Assembly: GCF_020745735.1 (NCBI RefSeq)
Contig: NC_083409.1
Span: 10,033,534 to 10,097,533, forward strand
Direction of reading: 5' to 3'
DNA: 64,000 nt
Source of the DNA: Hemiscyllium ocellatum
Lineage: Eukaryota
Shown: piece by piece, positions 49,301 through 62,990 of the stretch
How positions within the stretch are numbered: position 1 is the first letter of the stretch
How the letters are laid out: each line of letters starts with the position of its first letter
The notes under the pieces: generated by a model
Database searches by the model: none
What the model was told of the DNA's origin: nothing
What the model saw: the letters and a program-made list of their open reading frames with translations, nothing else
Translations under genes and position numbers: made by a program

Positions 49301-49800
49301 CATCCCTCTGCTACACTATTTTGAACCCTCCCCAAGAGCGTGATCAAACACATCCCACAGGACACTGGTTCCAGTCCTGCCCAGGTGTAGACCGCTCAAT
49401 TTGTAATTGTCCCACCTCCCCAGGAACCAGTCCCAATGTCCCAAAAATCTGAACCCCTCCCTCCTGCACCATCTCTCAAGCCACACATTCATCCTGCCTA
49501 TATTTTCATTTTGACTCTGACTAGCACATGGCACTGGGAGCAATCCTGAGATTACTACCTCTGAGATCCTTCATTTTAATATGGTTCCTCACTCCATAAA
49601 TTCTACTTGTAGGACCTCATTCCATTTGTTACTGATATCATTGGTGCCTACATGAACCGTCACAGCTAGCTGTTCAACTCCCTCTTCAGAATGTCCTGCA
49701 GCCGATCTGAGACATCCCTGACCCGTGCAACTGGGAGGCAACATGCTATTCGTGAGTCTTGTTTTTGACCACAGAATCACCGATCTATTCCCCTCACAAA
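46325..49800 (-). mobile_element. ~3.5 kb decayed CR1 LINE (ORF1 esterase to 3' tail)
   Basis: VHVGTNDI, AELRNKKGAVTM, DKSPGWDGIDP and NKFADDTDIGG, ending in a (gttctttg)n-type tail at 46325. Confidence 0.88.
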
Positions 49801-50685
49801 GTCCAAACAAACCATATCTATGGGCCCCCCCACCTCCTTATCAAATCTACTCACTACATCCTCAAACAATTCCAGTCGATATTTTAAGCATGGTTTCCCT
49901 TTCGACAATTCATGCCGACTCTGTCCAGTTCTGCCACTGTTTTCAAAGTGCTAAGCCATAAAATATTTTATAATGAACTTGAGCATTTTCTCCACTGCTG
50001 ACTTCTGGCTAATTGGTCTAAAATTTCTTATTTTCCCTCTCTCTCTCTTTTTCAATAGACGTGTTAAATTAACTCCCTCCATTTTGTAGGACTTATTCTA
50101 CAGTCGACAAACATATAACCATTAATGTTTCTAATATTTTGTAACCACTTCCTGAAGCACTCCTGAAAATAGATTATTTGGCCCCGCTGATATAAGACAC
50201 TCTAATTTTCCCAGAACTATTTTCTTCCAACAACTGACTTCCTTCAGCACCTTCCTCTGATAAAACCCCAAGTTCACCAACGTGTCTGAGATTTATTTGA
50301 GAATTCATTTGTGCAGAAAGATCCAGAATATGTTTATCTGTCATCTCTTTGTTCCAACTATAACATTATAAAACTTGTGTGGAACTTCCTTGAATGTCAA
50401 CTGGACGTCCATATAAACAACACATTCCCTTATCTCACACATTAGTGACCTCGTTAAAACATGTAACCAGTTAAAGATGTCTGACCCTTTTAAATCCATG
50501 CTGACTTAGTCTGATCTGTTCACATTTGTCAGACATTCTGTCTTTAAACCAGATTCAATTACTTCCCCACAATAGACATTCAATGGAGATAAAAACAATG
50601 ACTGCAGATGCTGGAAACCAGATTCTGGGTGAGTGGTGCTGGAAGAGCACAGCAGTTCAGGCGGCATCCGAGGAGCAGGGAAATC

Positions 50686-50713
50686 GACGTTTCGGGCTAA
50701 AGCCCTTCATCAG
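50686..50713 (-). ncRNA. Minimal hammerhead ribozyme core (intact)
   Basis: CTGATGA-A-GGGCT(tt)AGCCC-GAAA-CGTC. Confidence 0.7.
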
Positions 50714-51039
50714 GAATAAAGGCAGTGAGCCTGAAGTGTGGAGAGATAAGCTAGAGGAGGGTGGGGGTGGGGAGAAAGTAGCATAGAGTACAAGCAAATG
50801 TGGCTGTGGGAGCGAGTTTGTTTCACGACATGGTTGAAGAGCTTCTCTCTACAAGAATCTCAGGGAGACCCTCTCCCACTGCAACTCCCAGGTCATTTTG
50901 TCTGCCCTGAAGCTCTTCAAACATGTCATGAAACAAACTCGGCACCACAGCCATATTTGCTTGTATTCTATGCTACTTTCTCCCACCCCCACCCTCCTCT
51001 AGCTTATCTCTCCACGCTTCAGGCTCACTGCCTTTATTC

Positions 51040-51067
51040 CTGATGAAGGGCTTATGCCCGAAACGTC
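51040..51067 (+). ncRNA. Minimal hammerhead ribozyme core (intact)
   Basis: CTGATGA-A-GGGC(ttat)GCCC-GAAA-CGTC. Confidence 0.72.
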
Positions 51068-51204
51068 GATTTCGCTGCTCATCGCATGCTGGCTGAATGG
51101 CTGTGCTCTTCCAGCACCACTAATCCAGAATTCAATGGAGATGTTCATTGTGAGTGAGGTTAGTAAACAGCTAGTACTGACACAAGGAGCTGAACAGCCT
51201 CCTC

Positions 51205-54200
51205 CTAGAGTCATAGAGTCATAGAGATGTACAGCATGGAAACAGACCCTTCGGTCCAACTTGTCCATGCCGACCAGACATCCCAACCCAATCTAGTCCC
51301 ACCTGCCAACACCTGGCCCAGATCCCTCCAAACCCTTCCTATTCATATACCCATCCAGATGCCTTTTAAATGTTGCAATTTTACCAGCATCTACCACTTC
51401 CTCTGGCAGCCCCATTCTACACTCGCACCACCCTGTGCGTGAAAAAGTTGCTCCTCAATTCTCTTTTATATCTTTCCTCTCTTACCCTAAACCCATGCCC
51501 TCTATTACTGGACTCCACCAGCTCAGGGAAAAGACTTGGTCTCTTTGCCCTATCCACGTCCCTCAAGATTTTGTAAACCTCTGTAAGGTCACCCCTCAGC
51601 AGGGACCTCTGTAAGGTCACCCCTCACTCAAGGGAAAACATCCCTAGCCTATTTAACCTCTCTGTATAGCTTCAATCCTCCCATCCTGGTAACATCCTTG
51701 TAAATCTTTTCTGAACCTTTTCTAGTTTCACAACATCTTTCTGATAGGAAGGAGATCAGAATTGAACACAATACTCCAAAAGTGGTTTAGGAGACCTCCC
51801 AACACCCATACTCAATTCTCTAACCAATAAAGGAAAGCATACCAAATGTCTTCTTCATTATCCTACCTACCTATGACTCTACATTCAAGGAGCTATGAAC
51901 ATGCACTCCAAGGTGTCGTTGTTCAGCAACACTCCCGAGAACCTGACCAATAAGTGTATAAGTCCTGCTAAGATTTGCTTTGCTAACTGCAGCACCTTGC
52001 ATTTATCTGAATTAAACTCCACCTGCCATTCCTCAGCCCATTGGCCGATCGGTTCAAGATCCTGGTGTAATCTGAGGTAACCTTCTTCGCTGTCCACTAC
52101 ACCTCCAATTTTGGTGCCATTTGCAAACTTACTAACTCTACCTCCTATGTTCACATCCAAATCATTTATGTAAATGACAAAAAGTAGTTGCCCCAGCACC
52201 AATCCTTATGACACTCCACTGGTCACAGACCTCCAGTCTGAAAAACAACCCTCCACCACCACCCTCTGTCTTCTACCTTTGAGCCAGTTCTGTATCCAAA
52301 TGGCTAGTTCTAACTGTATTCCATGAGATCTAACCTTGCTAACCAATCTTCCATGGGGAACCTTGTCGAATGTTTTACTGAAGTCCATACAGATCCAGTC
52401 TAACGCTCTGCCCTCATCAATTCTTTCTGTTACTTCTTCAAAAAACTCAATCAAGTTTGTGAGACATGATTTTCCATGCACAAAACCATGCTGACTATCC
52501 CTAATCTGTCTTTGCCTTTCCAAATATATGGACAATCTGTCCGTCAGGATTCCTTCCAATAACTTCCTCACAATCGACGTCTGGCTCACTGGTCTACAGT
52601 TCCCTGGCTTGTCCTTACCACCTTTCTTAAATAGTGGCACCAATTAGTGAACCTCCAGTCTTTTGGCACATCATCTGTGACTATTGAGGATACAAATATC
52701 ACAGTAAGAGGCCCAGCAATCACTTCCCTAGCTTCCCACAGAGTTCTAGGGTTCACCTAATTAGGTCCTGGGGATTTATCCACATTTATGCATTTCAAAG
52801 ACATCTGGCACCTCCTCATCCGTAATATGAACATTTTTCAAGATATCACCATCTATTTCCCTACATTCTATATCTTCAATATCCTTCTCCACAGTTAAAG
52901 TGAAGCAAAATACTCATTTGGTATCTGCCCCATCTCCTGCGGTTCCACACAAAGGTCGCCTTGCTGATCTTTGAGGGCACCTATTCTCTCCTTAGTTACC
53001 CTCTTGTCCTTAATGTATTCATAAAACCCCTCTGGATTCTCCTTAACCCTGTTTGCCAAAGCTATCTCATGTCGTTGCCCTCCTGATTTCCATCTTAAGT
53101 ATACTCCTACTGCCTTTGTATCCATCTAAGGATTCACTCAATCTATCCTGTCTATACCTGGCATATGCTTCATTCTTTTTCTCAACCAAACCCTCAACTT
53201 CTCTCATCATCCAATATTCCCTGCACCTACCAGCCTTTCCTTTCACCGTAACTAAATATACTATCTCTGGGCTCAACTTATCTCATTTCTGAAGGCTTCC
53301 CATTTTCCAGCTGTCCCTTTACCTGTGAGCAACTGCCCCCAATCAGCTTTTCAGAGTTCTTGCCTAATACTGGCAAAATTAGCCTTCCTCCAATTTAGAA
53401 CTTCAACTTCTGGATCTGGTCTATCCTTTTCCTTCACTATTTTAAAGTGAATAGAATTATGGTCGCTGACCAAAAGTGCTCCTCCACTGACACCTCAGTC
53501 ACCTGCCCTGCCTTATTTCCAAGAGTAGGTCGAGCCTTGCACCTTCTCTAGTAGGTACATCCACATACTGAATCAGAAAATTGTCTTGTACACACTTAAC
53601 AAATTCCTTTCCATCTAAACCCTTAACACTATGGCAGTCCCAGTCTATGTTTGGAAAGTTAAAATCCCCTACCATAACCACCCCATTAATCTTACTGATA
53701 ACTAAAATCGCCTAACAAATTTGTTTCTCAATTTCCCGTTGACTACTGGAGGGGGGCTATAATATAATCCCAACAAGGTGATCATCCCCTTCTTTTTTCT
53801 CAGTTCCATTCAAATAACTTCCCTGGGTGTATTTCTGGGAATATCCTCCCTAAGTACAGCTGTAATGCTATCCCTTATCAAAAATGCCACTCTCCCTCCT
53901 CTTGTGCCTCCCTTTCTGTCATTCCTGTAGCATTTGTATCCTAGAACATTAAACGGCCAGTCCTGCCCATCCCTGAGCCATGTTTCTGTAATTGCTATGA
54001 TATCCCAGTCCCATGTTCCTAACCACGCCCTATGTTCATCTTCCTTCCCTGTTAGGCCTCTTGCACTGAAATAAATGCAGTTTAATTTATCAGTCTTACC
54101 TTGTTCTCTGCTTTGTCCCCGCCTGCCCTGACTGTTTGACTTGCCTTTGTTCTCAACTGTACTAATCTCAGGTTGAAATCTTTCCTCACTATCTCCCTGG

Positions 54201-54520
54201 GTCCCACCCGCCCACCTTACTAGTGTAAATTCTCCTGAGCAGCTCCAGCAAATCTCCCTGCCAGTATATTAGTTCCCTTCCAATTTAGGTGCAATCTGTC
54301 CTTCTTGTACAGGTCACTTCTACCTCAAAACAGCTTCCAAAGATCCAGAAATGTGAATCCTTCTCCCATACACCAGCTCCTCAGCCATGCATTCATCTGC
54401 TCTATCCTCCTATTCCTGCTCTCACTAGCTCATAGCACCAGGAATAATTCAGATATTCCTACTCTTGAGGACCTCCTTTTTAAATTCCTGCCTAACTCTG
54501 CAATCTCCCTTCAGAATCTC
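51205..54520 (-). mobile_element. ~3.3 kb decayed CR1 LINE
   Basis: VMVGDFNFPNIDW, PLFKKGGKDKPGNCRPVS...CMDFSKTFDKVPH and LFVIYINDLD, with a (ctctatga)n tail at 51208. Confidence 0.88.
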
Positions 54521-55989
54521 AACCTTTTCCAGCAACACATTTTTCAGCTCTGATCTCCAGCATTTGCAGTCCTCACTTTCTCCTAGTTTATCTCAAGAGG
54601 GTTGGAATGTAAAATGAGATGTGCTACTGAGACTTTAATAAGCTCTGGTTAGGCCCCATGTAGTCCAGTTTTGGGCTCCACACCTCAGGAATGACATATT
54701 GACACTGGACTGTGTCCAGTGGAGATTCACATGAATGATCCCTGGAATGGTAAGCTATATGATGAATGGCTGAGGATCCTGGGATTGTATTCATTCGACT
54801 TTAGAAGGGGAGAGCTAATAGAAACTTACAAGATAATGCATGGCTTTGAAAGTTGGATGCTGGGAAATTATTTCCATTAGGTGGGGGTACTAGGACCCGT
54901 GGGCACAGCCTTAGAGTTAGAGTGGGTCAGTTTAAAACAGAACTGAGGAGACATTTCTTCAGCTAGAGAGTGATGGGCCTTTGGAATTCATTGCCACAGA
55001 GCGCAGTGGCGGCTGAAATATTAAATGTCTTCAAGGCAGAGATTGATAAATTCTTAATCTTGGACAGAATTAAGGGCTACAGGGAGAGTGTGGGTAACTG
55101 TCCTTCAATGTCCATCACCCATGATTGAATGACGGAGTGGACTCGATGGACCAAATGGCCTTACTTCCACTCCTTTGTCTTATGGTCTTATGTGGAGCTG
55201 AGTCCATGAAAAGATCAGCCATGACCTTATTGAATGGCAGAGCAGGGTTGAAGGGCCAGATGGCCTACTCCTGCTCCTAGTTCTTATGTTCTTATGTTCC
55301 TTGGGAGTACTGAGGAACGAAGGGACCTTGGTGTACAAGTCCATCAATCCCAGAAGGTATCAGCGCAGCTAGACAGGGTGGTGAAGAAGGCATATGGGAT
55401 GATTGCCAACATTAGCCAGGGTGTAGAATATAGGAAGTAGAAATTCTTGTTGTTACCTGACAGAGCACTGGTTAGGTCATGTCTGGAATACTGTGCACAT
55501 TTCTGGTCGTGACACTGTTGGAAGAACGTAACTGAACTGGAGAGGATGCAGAGGAGATTAGCCAGAATGTTCCCTGGGATGGAAAATGTTAGTTCTGAGG
55601 AGAGATTGGATAGACTGGGTTTGTTTTCTCTGGGGGAAATCTGATTGAGGTATACAAAAATATGAAAGGCATAGACAAACTCAATTGTGAGAATCTTTTC
55701 CCCATGTCAGACATGTCTATGACCAGAGGGAATAAGCTTACCCTGTGAAAAAGTGGTTTAGATGGGTTTTGAGGACTTTTTTTCCCCAGAGGGTGGTAGA
55801 AATATGGAATGTGCTATTTGAGAAGGTGGTAAAGGCAGGTCCTCTCACAACATTTAAGAAACATCCAGATGAGCACATAAAATGCCAGGGCATGGAAGGC
55901 TATGGACCAAATGCAGGTAAATGGAGCTTGGTGATTACTGATAGGCATCGACATGTCGACAAACAGAAGGGCCTGTTTGTTTGCTGTAT

Positions 55990-58900
55990 GACTCTATGTC
56001 AATGAAGAGATGGATGTGGAAGCATTTTTCATGTCGTTAGTGAAGATAGAAACGCAAGCGAGGTGGGAAAAACAGGTTGGACCTTGTCCATGCAAAAATG
56101 GACTTGGGAAGCACAAGAGGTTTCTACATCCCTGTCAGAGGAATGTTCTCGGGATCACGAGGAGGTGAAAACGGCTATTCTAAGCACATATGCGTTGGCT
56201 CCAGAAACATACCAGATGTTTCAGAACTTACACAAACAGCCTGGACAAACCTCTACTGAATTTAAGAGAGTTCAACAAAATAATGTTGACAGGTGGATAA
56301 GAACATTAACAGCTGAGAATACTTCCAATGCTCTCAGAGAAGTTATCCTTTGAGAAGAAGTTAAAGCTTCCTTCCCTTCTAGAATCAGAATTCATGTAGA
56401 TGACCAAAGGGGAACGACAGTAAGACAAGCAGCTAGAATGGCTAATGATGATAGACTTTGTTAAAACCAAAACCCTGCAGATGCTGGAATCCAAAGTAGA
56501 CAAACAGGAGGCTGGAAGAGCACAACAAGCCAAGCAGCATCAGGAGGTGGAGAAGTCACCTGATGGGAGACCGATCCAGAAACCTTATTCCCATCAGTCC
56601 CAGAAATGGGAGAAAAATAAAACTTGGGAGAGTCAAAGGAAGGTAGTTAGCCAGGGGAGAGATTGGACAGGAGGGAACAGCCCGAGAACTCCTCCTCAGA
56701 TTAAAAAGGAAACTGCTGAGGGTGGAAGTGATGATCAGAAGCTGAAATGTTTCTCTTGGAACAAGGTGAGCCAAGTGTGTTTGGAATGCTAGAAGTTGCG
56801 GTAAACCCAGGGGATTTATGGGAGGTAGTAAAAATGAGTCAGAGAAGGGAACACAGACAGATAATCCCACAGAGCAGGTTGTAGCTGTAACTATAACAAA
56901 AAGGCCGGAGGTGAATTCTGTCATTAGTAAAGGAGGTTGTCAGGTAGATGAGAGGTGGACAGGACTTTTATCAAAAGGAATGGTGACTCCTTTTTCTTCA
57001 GCTAAACCCAGAACCAAACTGAGAGATACAGGAGCAACACAGTCACTTTTACTGGAGAAAGAATTGATTTTCCCTCCAGAGAGCTCGATGGGAGCTAAGT
57101 TATTAATCAATGGGATTGATGGAGAATCTATTCCACTTCCATTGTATACAGTACAACTGGAATGTGATTTGTTATCAGGAGAAGCAATTGTCGGAATGGG
57201 AAAACATTCCCTGTTGAGGGAGTCGATTTCCTTCTGGGGAATGGTTTGTCAGGACTAAAGGCAGTAGCTTCCCCGATAATTACAGAATGTCCAAAGGAGG
57301 GCCAAGAAACAGAACAATGACAGGAACTGGTTCCTGGTCTCTCTCCTTCGTGTGAGCTAACCAGGGCAATGGTTAAACAAAATCCATCAATAAGGGTTGA
57401 TGTGACACCACAGCAAGTGAAAGGATCGCTGAAACTTTCCGAAAGGGTGAAGATAATCCAGGTGGAGTGGTTGGTATGATGTCACTAATTACAGCAGATC
57501 CAAAAAGCAGATCCTGAATGAAATAAATGAGCACAGTCAGCTCATACTGAGGTCGAGGCTGAAGGAGTTTCAGAGTGTTATTGTGTTCAGAATGGAGCGC
57601 TGATGAGGAAGTGGAGACCCCCTCATAGAGCCCCAGAAGAATGGTCAGTTAGACATTGGCTAGTGGTCCCACCCAGCTATCATAGGGAGATAGTACAAGG
57701 GGCACATGAGACTCCCATGGCAGGTCACATGGGGATTTGGAAAACACAGGCATCCAGAAACAGGTATTTTACTGAGCCACAATTGAATAAAGATGTGGTG
57801 CAGTTTTATGAAACGTGTCTTACTTGTCAAGTTATAGCTAAACCTCAATACAAAACCAGCATCCTTAATTCCTCTCCCAGTTTTTGAGGAACCATCCCGT
57901 CATGTACAGGTTTGTCAAGTAGTGAGTATAATAGAGGAGGGGATCAGAAAAAGCTTGAGATCAAAAAAGACCTGGGCACTTCCCAAAGTAAACTACCTGT
58001 TATGAGATGAACAAATTCAGAGATATTTGAGACTTCGGACGCTGCATTTTTGAATCTGGAGAAAGATCAACAGGTAGATTTAGTGAGGCTGCTCAGACGA
58101 TAAAAAGATGCTTGTATGAGGAGTCATTGAGGACTTTGGTTCTGTACTTGATGGAGTTTAGAAAGATGAGAGGGAATGTCATTGAAACTTACAGAATACA
58201 GGGTGGCCTGGATAGAGTGGACAAGGAGAAGATGTTTCTAATAATAGGAGAGTTGGAGACCTGAGGGCACAGCCTCAGAGTGAAGAGATGATCTTTCGAA
58301 CTGAGTTGAGAAGGAATTTCTTCAGCAAGAGTGTCATTAATCTGTGGAACTGCACAGGGCCTTGGAGGCCAATTCATTGAGTGTATTTAAGAAAGAGATA
58401 GATTGGCTCTTGATTGATCAAGGGATCAAGATTTACAGGGAAAAGGGAAGAGATTGGGGCTGAGAAACATTATCAACTGTAAATGACCAGACATGATGGG
58501 CCAAATGGCCCAATTCTGCTCCTTTATCTTGTGGACTTGTATTGATACATTTAGATCTACCACATGAATCAATTATAACTTGAATGTGGTAATTCAGACA
58601 AAATAAAACAAAACCAACCGAAACCGCCAATGGAACAGAGGGCTTCCATGTTGGAGAATCAGCTGATTGAACCATATCAGAGTAATTGGAGTTCTCCTGT
58701 AGTATTGGCTCCTGAACCAAACTGTTCAATTTGATTGTGTGTAGACTCGAGGAATGTGAGTCTCGTCACAAAACCAGATTCATTCCCTATTCCCAGCTGA
58801 GAAGGTTGCATAGAGAGGGTTTGTAGTATATCATTCTTGTATAAAATTGATTTGTTAAAAGATGTTGACAAGAACTCACTGATAACTAGAACTAAGGGAG

Positions 58901-58990
58901 TTTCTGTATTTATCACACCTAATGGATTATACCCAATGGCAAGTTTTGCTATGTGGACTTAACAACTCTCCAGGCACATTTGAATGATTA
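55990..58990 (+). mobile_element. Decayed Gmr1-type Gypsy LTR retrotransposon (gag-PR-IN-RT order)
   Basis: Gag-like AQEVSTSLSEECSRDHEEVKTAILSTY (56063-56353), protease LRDTGATQSLL (~57020), integrase zinc finger HETPMAGHMG...CLTC (57603-57887), then the RT start SPVVLAPEP..KPDSFPIP..FITPNGLY (58680-58980). Interrupted by a Penelope tail (~56460-56550) and a LINE 3' fragment (~58130-58520). Confidence 0.75.
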
Positions 58991-59399
58991 TTGTGAAAGT
59001 GAACAAGGTCACACTCCCCCACATTACACTCCATCTGCCCAATATTTCTTCAAAGCCCAGCTGTATCTAATATTCATCAGGATGGACCTTCACTGAGAAA
59101 GAGCCATTTGTAACTAGAATAACGATACGTCTCTGAGAATCACATTAATAATTACTTTTATTGAAGCTTTCATTAGGTCTGTGTTGATTGACACAATGCT
59201 CTGGTTTGGGCTTTGCTGTCTGTACAAACCATCTGTAATGTCTTTGCTGCAATGGTTCACATTTACATCATCAAACTCACACTCCAAATATCCCGTCATT
59301 ATTCTCCATGGGATTCACTGGAATTGACTCAGATCGAACTCCCAGCAGCTGAAATGGAGGTAGAGATGCGGCTTAGAGAGCAAGAGATGGAGGACAGGG

Positions 59400-59411
59400 A
59401 GAGAGAGCGAT

Positions 59412-59440
<29 letters not shown>
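59400..59440. repeat. (GA)n microsatellite
   Basis: Run of GA dinucleotides. Confidence 0.9.
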
Positions 59441-59443
<3 letters not shown>

Positions 59444-60374
59444 CACTAAAAGAGAGGGGGATAGAGCTTGGACAGAGAAAGAGGGATGGAATTCAGAGTG
59501 AGATCTATGCAGCTGAGTTAGAGAGGGGTGGGGAGAGAGAGTGAGTGAGAGAGATGGAGTCAAGGAGTTCTATCTCAAAGATAAATTATACTCTGTTAAA
59601 AATTGGACTGGATGAATGCTGACTCTCTGACTCTACAAACACTACCTACAAAGCTGCCTAACTTTGTGTCATTAGCAAATAAGAGTATCTGACTTTCTAT
59701 GCCATTATCCAATATATTAATAAATAATGTAAATAATTGAGGTGTGCGCACACATTCCTATTGGACACCACTGGTCACATCCTGCCAATTTCAGCACTTA
59801 GCCATTATCCCTGTTTTCTGTCACCTGTCACTCAACCAATTTCGGTATGGCAGTATTTTAGCCTCAATTCTGTGGATTTCTATCTGAGTTGACAGTTTCT
59901 GACATGGGATTTTATCAAATGCCTTCTGGAAGTGCCTATAAACAACATCCATTGACATTACTGTGTCCAGTAATTTTGTTTCCTCTTCAAAAATGTTCAA
60001 TGAGATTTTTCACCATGACCAACTTGTCATGAATCTATGCTGACTCTCCCTGATTAACTGACCATTTTCAAGGTCTTCAGTTACCCCCATCCTTGATTAT
60101 AGACTACAACAATTTCCACACCACAAACGTTGGCTTAGTGACCTGGAATTCCCTGGCTTTTCTCTGACATCCTTGTTAAATGTGAAATGAAATTCGCAAT
60201 TTTCCAGTTCAGAGGTACGACTCCTGAAGCCAGGTAACTCTGAAAGATTCTCGTCAGGGTGTCTGCAATGTGGTCTATTACTACTTTATCACCCTCAGGT
60301 CCTGAGGATTTGTCACTCTTTAGTTCCATTATTTTCCTTATTACACATGTTATATTCACATTAACTTTATTCAG

Positions 60375-60650
60375 GTGACACAGTGGTTAGCACTGCTGCC
60401 TCACAGCACCAGAGTCCCAGGTTCAATTCCAGCCTTGGGCAATTGCCTGTGTGGAGTTTGCACATTGTCTGCATGGGTTTCCTCCTACTATCCAAAGAAG
60501 TGCAGGTCAGGTGAATTGGCCACACTAAATTGCCCATAGTGTTAATTGCATTAGTCAGAGGGAAAATGGGTCTGGATGAGTTACTCTTCGGAGGGTCAGT
60601 GTGGACTGATTGGGCCAAAAGGCATGTTTGCACACTGCAGGGAATCTCAT
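60375..60650 (+). mobile_element. Older HE1-like SINE
   Basis: gacacagtggttagcactgctgcctcacag...ggttcaattcc...gtcaggtgaattggcc, CpG-depleted. Confidence 0.8.
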
Positions 60651-61999
60651 CAGTCCCTGACACAGATCCTCTGTTAATTCCTTTGGGCCTTCAGGCAAGT
60701 CCTCTTCCTTTTCTACTGCAAATCTTGAGGTAAAGTATTTATTTAACATGTCTGTCATTTCCCCATTGCCACTGACAATATCCCTCACTTTCAGTCTTTC
60801 ATGGCCAATATTGCTCCTGACCTCCCTGCTTCCCTTTTATGGAACTGTAACATTTCTCCTTATTGATTTTGTTATCCCTTACATGTTTCCTTTCAGAATC
60901 CCTTTTGGTAGCTCTTAGAAGCTGATATGTAGTCCTTTTGTATTCTTCCCATTCAGCGGAATCTGTCCTTATTTTTTGCTTTTCTGTTAGCTTTTTTTAA
61001 ACATTTTATTCTTTCCCTTATCTCTTTAATTGACCATTGTTGTTTGTTCGCTTTTCCCTCTCAGGTATAAACTGGCTTTGTTTTGTGTTGAATGTTCCTT
61101 TAAATATGCCCCACTGTCCTTCAGTTGTTTTACCCATGAGCTGATTTTCCCAGTTTATTGTGGACAGTTTCTGTCACATTTCATTAAAGTCAGCCTTACC
61201 TTAATCTCAAATTCTAGCAGCTGATTCATGCTTTTTACTTTCAAATGCGACACTGAACTCGATCATGTTATGATCACTATTTGATAAATATTCATGCACA
61301 AGTAGTTACGAACTAAATCTGGCTCATTATTCATTACTAATTCCAATATTGCTTGTCCCCTTGTTGTATCCAGGACCTATTGCTGTTGGAAACTATTCTG
61401 GACACACAGCAGCAATTCACTACCTTTCTGACAGAGGGCTTGTCTGTCTCCCAATCTAAGTTAAAGTTAAACTTCCCCATTAATAATACACTGGCTTTGC
61501 TACACACTTGTCTAGTTCCTCCATTTATACAATCCAGCACCTCAGAGCTGCTGTCAGGGGGGTCTGTATCCAACATCTACTACAGTTTTCGATCCTTTCC
61601 TGCTCCTCAGTCCCACTGAGTGTTTTCTCCTCATTATGACCTCCCTCACCATTGAAGCCATTTTTTCCCTCATCAATGAAGCTGCTCCACCTCTTCTGCC
61701 ATTTCCCATATCCACCCTGTGAACCTTCTAACCCGATAGATATCGTTCCCAATCTGAATGATTCTGCAACTATGGCTCAGTAATTGATCCGATACCACAA
61801 TCTTAAATTTGAATTTGTGCCTGCAAATTTGTTGTATTTATTCCTTATGCTCCGTGCATTCGTATATAGAACTCGTATTTGGTCCATTCACTGGAATCTG
61901 TTCCTCAGCACTGATGCTGTATTCACCTCTTTCTTATTTCTCTCCATCTGTTTAATCAATATCCTTCTGATAGCTTTCCTGATATTGTCCAAATAGGAG

Positions 62000-62990
62000 C
62001 TTTTGCCGATTTTTGCTGATGTTGTTGGTCCCAACACAGACAACAACAACTGGATCCTCAACCAGCCCCACCCCCATTCCCCACCCCACCCCCCCCACCC
62101 CCCAAGTCTGTTATACTTAAAAGCCGGCTCAAGATGCCCTTACCTTGAAACCAGGCAGGCAACTCCCCATGTGGGGCTCTCAATCCTGCTCACAAAGGAT
62201 GCTATCAGTTCCCCTCATTATCAAGACCCCTCTTTTCTTTATGCTCCCCCAATCTGAGTGGCCTCCTGGACCATGGTGCAGTGGTTTCCTTCGTTCATTC
62301 ATAGGAAATGGACATCTCTGGCCAAGCCAGCAATGACTGCCCGTAGGAGTCATCGAATCATAGAATCCATACAGTGTGAAACAGGCCATTCAGACCAATG
62401 ATTCCACACCAACATTCTGAAGAGCATCCCACCCAGACTTGTCTCCCTACCTTATCCCTGTAAATCTGCATCTCCCATGGCTAATGCACCTAACCTACAC
62501 ATCCCTACATTTTCCCCAGTTTAGACATTATAATTTCTGCTCTATCTTTATCTTTTTATATAATGACTTTGAAACTTACAGAGTTATGGTCACTATCACC
62601 AAAATCCTCAAACTACATTTGCCCATTCTCCCGACCATCCTTTTCCTCATTGACACAGGGAGCAAGTCCCTCATTCCTGTTGGACAAGGAGCTGAGGCAC
62701 CTGTAAGGCTAAATCCAGGCTGCATCGGCCTGTTCACTTTTGGTCACACCCTCCTGTCCCTGACCACTGGCCATAATTTGAAGTATTTAACCTACAAGGT
62801 GTGACTGTCTCCCCAAACACAGTGTCCAGGTAACTCTCCCCCTCCCTGATGTGTCGCAGTGTTTGAAGATCAGATTCCAGCTCATCAACTCTGAGCTGGA
62901 GTGCCTTGAGCAACCAACACTTGCTGTAGATGTGGTCACTCTGAGCTACAATGGGCTCCACCAGCTTCCCCATCGTACAATTACTACACA
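62000..62990 (-). mobile_element. CR1 ORF1 remnant interrupted by a CR1 3' tail fragment
   Basis: CSNC..CWLLKALQLRVDELESDLQTL (zinc finger/coiled coil), then the esterase remnant GVLIMRGTDSILC, with a tail fragment at ~62350-62530. Confidence 0.65.

Larger units (their letters stand above)
50591..51129. mobile_element. Penelope-tail-derived fold-back insertion with 13-bp target-site duplication
   Basis: Inverted arms 50621-50845 and 50909-51131 (~90% identical) around a 63-nt loop. Direct repeat ATTCAATGGAGAT at 50578-50590 and 51130-51142. Confidence 0.85.

Noticed and set aside
51577-51626. Exact 22-bp direct duplication acctctgtaaggtcacccctca
   Set aside because: An ordinary slippage duplication inside a dead CR1.
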